Virus record (IMG/VR): IMGVR_UViG_2660238316_000001
Coordinates: 1 to 64,000 of that record
DNA length: 64,000 nucleotides
Reading direction: 5' to 3' (one strand)
Source: an uncultured virus (IMG/VR IMGVR_UViG_2660238316_000001)
Lineage: Duplodnaviria > Heunggongvirae > Uroviricota > Caudoviricetes
Numbering within the stretch: position 1 is the first letter of the stretch; each line of letters begins with the position of its first letter. Under the pieces are notes generated by a model. That model had not been told where the DNA came from, searched no databases, and saw nothing but the letters and a program-made list of their open reading frames with translations. The translations under genes and the position numbers were made by a program. Below, one piece after another: positions 59,354-64,000 of this stretch.

Positions 59354-61059
59354 CAGATAGCCATCCAGTGTTTAGGTTTAGAACGGTCAATAGGTTGGTG
59401 TTTCGGACGTGCAGGCATTCGCGCACGCATTTCTTGTGCAATGGCATAGCTCATCACCTGGTCATCAAAACAACCCGTTTGGGCATTCATACGACCTCTT
59501 GCGTCATAAACGTAGGTATTCAATTCATTGATGGTGCCAATCCAGCGGACTCCAGAAGCATTCTCACGAAGCAGTGATTTAAGTCCTTCAATAATGACCG
59601 GCTTGCTTTGTGCTGTAGTTAGCCAGCCAAGCTTTGGTGTTTCATCATCATGATCACGGTCGAGGTATTGCTCTGAGTAGATAGAGCGGTGTGGGTAAAC
59701 TTCACGTAACTTCTGTATGACTGCGTGACCGTGGTTATTTCGTTCTGGACCGATAAATGCCGTGTTGTACCATTTGCCAACATGGGCTAGAAGTTGAGCG
59801 AACAATTCAGCATCCAGATAGCCGAACCAGTGGGCGACCTGTTCCCCGGTAGACTTTTTCACCACATCAAATGATGATCGGTCACGATTTTCCAAGCCCT
59901 CAGCGACATCCCCACCAATAGCGTAATCCTCATCTGGATCCGGCAGTTCCCACACCAATAAGTGATTCAGTAGCGTGCGTTGAAGTTCTTCTGCATTGCC
60001 AGCACGTAATACCTGAACTTTGGTTCGTTTACCGGTTACTGGCTCAATGTCATATACCAGCAACGGAGACTTACACTGACCTTCGGCCTGCATGACATTG
60101 ATGGCGGCAAATACGCGGCGGCCAGATGTTAGAAATGCCTCAGACGGCGTGCTGGGGAATTCCTGTTTCATTTCCTCCTGCTGCTCAATCTCTTTGCGGA
60201 TATACCACTGCTTTTGTTCATCGAGCAAAGTGATACCCATTGTTTGCTCAACAGCAGCAAAATACTCCTGATGGTATTTACTTAAACGCAGACCGCCAGT
60301 TGGCACTGAAGTTTGATATTTAGGATCTTGCCACCAGGCAAAGAAATGGAATTTATAATCTTGTGATGTGAGCGGTAGATTTAATTGGCCTAAATCCATT
60401 GCTCGCGTGCTCATGGTGTGGAAATCGCCGCCTACGCCTTCAGCAGTGCTTTCAATAAATACAATGCAGCCGTCTTTGATGGCGTTGAGCGTTCCCGTTC
60501 TGACCTCTTTCGCCTTGGCCGGATACTTGGCGCAAATTTTTCCATGCTCTGAAATATGTAGCCGTTGAACCGTCCCTGAGCGAAATGAGGTTGATACGCG
60601 GATCTTTGAACCATGAGCAAATTCTATATGCCCACCATTGGCACCTTCACGTCGGGTATTGATTTGAAACGTTGCGCGTAACCAAACAGGCAAGTTATCG
60701 AACGGAATAGATATTTTGGTACTGAATATTTCCCCTGCCGCCGGTAAATCCTGAGCAATGATCCCACAGGAGAGATTTTTGTTAAAAAGCGCCTGATCTA
60801 GAAGGTAGATATCTATACCTGTTGAGAAGCCTAGTTGGCGAGCTTTTAGAATGATATTTCGATAGTGCATATTCTTGAACAACTCTCGCTGTGCAGGGCG
60901 CATGCGAAAGGTCACTAGCTCGCCATCTTCATTGACTATCTTGTATAGGTTATTCAACCGCCACCAAACATCAGATAAATGAGCTTTGATATAGGCTATC
61001 TGTTCTGCCTCAGTCATTACGGCAATATCTGCATCGTTAAGTCTATCGTCTTGTTTCAC
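59353..61059 (-). CDS. Terminase large subunit
   Basis: ILKARQLGFST Walker A, ESTAEG, GGDVAEG, DDQVMS nuclease motifs. Confidence 0.95.
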   Translation of the reverse strand: MKQDDRLNDADIAVMTEAEQIAYIKAHLSDVWWRLNNLYKIVNEDGELVTFRMRPAQRELFKNMHYRNIILKARQLGFSTGIDIYLLDQALFNKNLSCGIIAQDLPAAGEIFSTKISIPFDNLPVWLRATFQINTRREGANGGHIEFAHGSKIRVSTSFRSGTVQRLHISEHGKICAKYPAKAKEVRTGTLNAIKDGCIVFIESTAEGVGGDFHTMSTRAMDLGQLNLPLTSQDYKFHFFAWWQDPKYQTSVPTGGLRLSKYHQEYFAAVEQTMGITLLDEQKQWYIRKEIEQQEEMKQEFPSTPSEAFLTSGRRVFAAINVMQAEGQCKSPLLVYDIEPVTGKRTKVQVLRAGNAEELQRTLLNHLLVWELPDPDEDYAIGGDVAEGLENRDRSSFDVVKKSTGEQVAHWFGYLDAELFAQLLAHVGKWYNTAFIGPERNNHGHAVIQKLREVYPHRSIYSEQYLDRDHDDETPKLGWLTTAQSKPVIIEGLKSLLRENASGVRWIGTINELNTYVYDARGRMNAQTGCFDDQVMSYAIAQEMRARMPARPKHQPIDRSKPKHWMAI

Positions 61060-61913
61060 AGCAAACCGTCCTGTCCTGAGTCCCTAACTTCCTTCACTGC
61101 TTCGCTGAGTGGTGTTGTAACTCCCTTGCCTTCTGACGTTAATTTTTGAGTCTCAGCCTCCAACTTAGAAGTGGCTGCTTTAATGCGGTAGGTATCAGCC
61201 TTTAAACGAGGTCCGTTGATGGCATCCAACTTCAATTTACTCAAACTGTTCTCTATTGATTCAATACGGCCAATGTTTCTATCCAGCGCTGATTCAGCCT
61301 TGAGCAGCTTGTCATACAGTTCTATTCGCGCTTCAACAGACTCCGCTGCCACTAAATCCTCGTGGATTTTCCGCATGGTCTTGGTAACTGATAATGCCCG
61401 CGCTCGGGTGAATATCAGTTCGTCATGAAGATCTGAATCTGCCGCCGCCTCAAACAAGTCATCTGCATTCAGATACCGCGCATAAGCGCCATGTTTTCTG
61501 GCTGCCTGATTACCGGGAGTAAAAGCGCCAACCGGATTGGGATTACCTGCATTACCTTCTGAATGACGGTTGCCTTTGGTGAATTGCCCGTTGCCAGATC
61601 TGCCGGAGTTCGGTTTCTCGGTTGGCTCTGACTCGGGATCGCGGTCATCGTCTGTGTCCGATGATAATTTCTGTTCTTCCTCTTCCACGTCATCACTGTT
61701 TGCGCACTGTTGCGCAGTAGCATCGGATTGCGCATTGTGCGCAGTTCTACGGGGTTTCTTTTGCGCAGACTGCGCAGCACGAGGTTTGATATAGCGGCGT
61801 GCAGATTGGTAATTAAGTCCATGCTGTTCACACCATTGCTGAGCGGTAATTCCTGTAGCCGCGTTATCAGCCAGAAAGGCAGCTTGTAACGCTTCCCAAT
61901 CATGCTTTGCCAT
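61056..61913 (-). CDS. Terminase small subunit
   Basis: N-terminal HTH (DW..LQ..F), GNQAARKHGAY motif. Confidence 0.85.
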   Translation of the reverse strand: MAKHDWEALQAAFLADNAATGITAQQWCEQHGLNYQSARRYIKPRAAQSAQKKPRRTAHNAQSDATAQQCANSDDVEEEEQKLSSDTDDDRDPESEPTEKPNSGRSGNGQFTKGNRHSEGNAGNPNPVGAFTPGNQAARKHGAYARYLNADDLFEAAADSDLHDELIFTRARALSVTKTMRKIHEDLVAAESVEARIELYDKLLKAESALDRNIGRIESIENSLSKLKLDAINGPRLKADTYRIKAATSKLEAETQKLTSEGKGVTTPLSEAVKEVRDSGQDGLL

Positions 61914-61988
61914 AGTGTTCTATTAGTCTGTTGTGGGCCATTATTGAGCCACCTCTTGGGAAGTGACTCTGTAATGACTTGCTTCAGC

Positions 61989-62525
61989 TCATTTATCCCC
62001 ATTGGATTGCTGTGATGGCAGACTGCGGATCAACTCTCTATCGTTATTAGCCCGGTCTAACAGGGTCAGTAACGGGTCAATCCACAGCACTGCTTGGCGG
62101 TAAGTCATTCTGTGGGGGGAAGTGGCACCAGTAAGGGTTCCGTCAGGTTGGCCGGAATTGCGCATTGCCCTGGCACGTAGACCGTCCGTATAGTCGTACA
62201 TCCGCTGAGCAGTAGAATCAGGAATATACCGATCAGCACATTCCTCAACTTTGAGGTCTTTGCGGTTTTCAATTTGCCTTTCCTCGCTTTTGGCAGAAAT
62301 GGTGACGTTATAGCTACCGGCCTGCGCAGCTATCTCATTGGAGCGCTGGAACTGAAAAGCCTGTAATGCCTGGGTGGCTTTTGATTCATCCAGATCACTT
62401 TGCAGTTGTGATAATTGCCCGGCCTTCTCAACAGCAGATTTGTGGAAATAGAAAGCGGTACCGCCAAGGCACAGGATCACCACCAGCAGAACGCTGGCAA
62501 TCGCGATAAGTAGTTTTGTGGACAT
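61989..62525 (-). CDS. Inner-membrane spanin (Rz-like) with o-spanin-like C-terminus
   Basis: N-terminal TM, coiled coil, after endolysin. Confidence 0.75.
   Translation of the reverse strand: MSTKLLIAIASVLLVVILCLGGTAFYFHKSAVEKAGQLSQLQSDLDESKATQALQAFQFQRSNEIAAQAGSYNVTISAKSEERQIENRKDLKVEECADRYIPDSTAQRMYDYTDGLRARAMRNSGQPDGTLTGATSPHRMTYRQAVLWIDPLLTLLDRANNDRELIRSLPSQQSNGDK
62105..62272 (-). CDS. Embedded outer-membrane spanin lipoprotein (Rz1-like, short; absent from ORF track)
   Basis: MKTAKTSKLRNVLIGIFLILLLSGCTTIRTVYVPGQCAIPANLTEPLLVPLPPTE*; lipobox LSGC, Pro-rich. Confidence 0.75.
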   Translation of the reverse strand: MKTAKTSKLRNVLIGIFLILLLSGCTTIRTVYVPGQCAIPANLTEPLLVPLPPTE

Positions 62526-62656
62526 ATCAAGATCCGGGCTTAATGCCGTTTACTATGAAAAAAGCAGGGGTAATGGCATACACCAGTGATTCAGATTTCA
62601 CGTAGCGTCACCAAAACAGCATGTAAATGGGTGTTATTAGCTAATTTATAACGGTT

Positions 62657-63145
62657 TTATGGCATCAGACATAATTCGCGCTCGACTTCACGACGATTGA
62701 CTAACCCCTTCCAGACCTTGCCACCAGCCTTAATCCATCTACGCAGCTCATCGCACGCGCCAGAAGTATCGCCACGGTTGAGTTTTTTCACCATGGTGGA
62801 ATTGGTCATGGCAGTAATACCAACGTTGTAGCCAAATGATGCCAGGGCAGCTTTACGGAAATCGGACATTGGAACGTTAACGATGCGGTCGATGGCGGCA
62901 AATACGGGGATCAAATCTTTGTGTAGCAAAGCATCACATTCAGCATCACTGTAACGTTTGCTGGGGATGATATCTTTGCCAGTGTGACCATCGCAGACCG
63001 TTAGCACGCCAACCACATCACGATAAGGCATATACTCACGCCCTTCCAATCCATCGCTGCCGCCCACAAGGGCAATTGCGATCGCCATAGCACCACCAGC
63101 AACTACACCGTATATTTTCTTCATTAAAGGGGAGGACACTGCCAT
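62657..63145 (-). CDS. Phage lysozyme (SAR-type endolysin)
   Basis: Hydrophobic N-terminus, LEGREY.PYRDVVGVLTVCDGHT. Confidence 0.95.
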   Translation of the reverse strand: MAVSSPLMKKIYGVVAGGAMAIAIALVGGSDGLEGREYMPYRDVVGVLTVCDGHTGKDIIPSKRYSDAECDALLHKDLIPVFAAIDRIVNVPMSDFRKAALASFGYNVGITAMTNSTMVKKLNRGDTSGACDELRRWIKAGGKVWKGLVNRREVERELCLMP

Positions 63146-63381
63146 TATTTATCCCCCCTGATTATTGTGTATCCCTCTCGCGCTGCTTTTTCGATAGCTT
63201 TTGTCTGCCGGCGCTGCCAGTAGGCGTTCAGAAAAAAGGTAGCCACCCCGATGATAATACCGATGACAATCGCCCAATCATTCAGGGTTAAATCTTTTAA
63301 TAGGTTACCCAGCTTCCCAACCAATACCAGCACCGCCCCTGTGAGATATGAGGCAAATGATGTTTTTTCAGGCATTTTCAT
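63145..63381 (-). CDS. Holin with dual-start motif (MKM)
   Basis: Two TM segments, LTLNDWAIVIG, GGAGG RBS, upstream of lysozyme. Confidence 0.9.
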   Translation of the reverse strand: MKMPEKTSFASYLTGAVLVLVGKLGNLLKDLTLNDWAIVIGIIIGVATFFLNAYWQRRQTKAIEKAAREGYTIIRGDK

Positions 63382-63472
63382 GCTCCACCTCCCCGATTTG
63401 GGGAAATAAAAAAGCCTGCTGGGCGAACCATGCAGGCTTTTGGGGTAGTCAGGACTGACCGGAACTGACCAA

Positions 63473-63546
63473 TAAAAAACCGGAGCAGCTTTTAAGCATA
63501 CTCCGGCATCTTTCTGTAATTTAGCGAGAGTTTATTCGTTAGGCAA
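63473..63546 (-). promoter_or_regulatory. Late promoter-terminator module 1 (pR'-like position)
   Basis: TTGCCT-17-TAAATT-ACAG-AAAGATGCC followed by CCGGAG/CTCCGG hairpin and T-run; second terminator at 63408-63441. Confidence 0.8.
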
Positions 63547-63988
63547 GCAAAATCTCGGTCCAAGGCATCGATATTATTTTAATAATAAAACAAGCGAGCA
63601 ACAATAAAGATCCTATGACTGAACTAATTAATGTCAATGGGAATATAATTATCCATACTCGCATCATTGAATTACTAATAACTAACTCTTCTTTTTTTAC
63701 TTTTAAAAGTGCATCATCGTATGTCTTAAGATTAGTATAATCGCTAGCCGCTTTTATAAGCTCCTGTGAAAGTCTCATTGCCTTATGCTGAATCGCCAGT
63801 TTGTATATTTCAAAAGAAACAAAAAGACATGTAGATATAAACATCGAGGCAATGGAAAGCCAAACAAGCCAAGGGGTAAGCTCTTTATAGGTGCTAATCC
63901 ATGTCGTGTAGAATACTGTAAAGCCAGCAACTATTATCAGATTAGTATATTGATTGGCATTATCATAATTTCTTTTTTGTATCTCCAT
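63539..63988 (-). CDS. AT-rich multi-TM membrane protein (moron)
   Basis: Three hydrophobic segments; true start may lie beyond the window. Confidence 0.6.
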   Translation of the reverse strand: MEIQKRNYDNANQYTNLIIVAGFTVFYTTWISTYKELTPWLVWLSIASMFISTCLFVSFEIYKLAIQHKAMRLSQELIKAASDYTNLKTYDDALLKVKKEELVISNSMMRVWIIIFPLTLISSVIGSLLLLACFIIKIISMPWTEILLA

Positions 63989-64000
63989 GATTTTTTCAAC

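Larger units (their letters stand above)
24294..64000. mobile_element. 933W/phi24B-like short-tailed temperate prophage, late region (element 3; continues right of window)
   Basis: Terminase, portal, scaffold, N4-gp56 capsid, tail adaptors, ejection proteins and giant polyvalent protein, all on minus strand. Confidence 0.85.

Overview
The whole 64 kb is prophage DNA from an enterobacterium. Gene content is compatible with Yersinia, but the host is not provable from this window. It reads as three elements integrated in tandem at one attachment site: the core GACCGAATACGATTCCT (10043-10059 and 24277-24293) matches the 3' terminator of the SdsR/RyeB sRNA, and each copy follows the 3' end of a near-identical lambda-type integrase. 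Element 1 (1-10059) is a decayed lambdoid prophage with lysis genes, Q, and a repressor with OL/OR-like operators. Its early regions now hold a CatB/CatC-like acetyltransferase and an ABC-F ATPase, each behind an unannotated leader peptide, plus toxin, fimbrial and IS6 debris. Element 2 (10060-24293) is a contractile-tail module fused by a large deletion to half an integrase; it keeps two intact defence-like morons (a PIN protein and a TM-DUF4041-GIY-YIG protein). Element 3 (24294 to beyond 64000) is an apparently intact 933W/phi24B-like short-tailed prophage late region, from lysis and terminase through portal, N4-gp56 capsid, tail and a 2746-aa polyvalent protein. The two most striking unexplained signals are both in element 3. 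(i) Four accessory gene blocks, two of them with HEPN-like motifs, are each bracketed by inverted ~24-bp palindromic sites, like a cassette array. (ii) Four copies of a conserved promoter plus immediate terminator module are spread along the late region. Family assignments come from recalled sequence motifs, not database searches.
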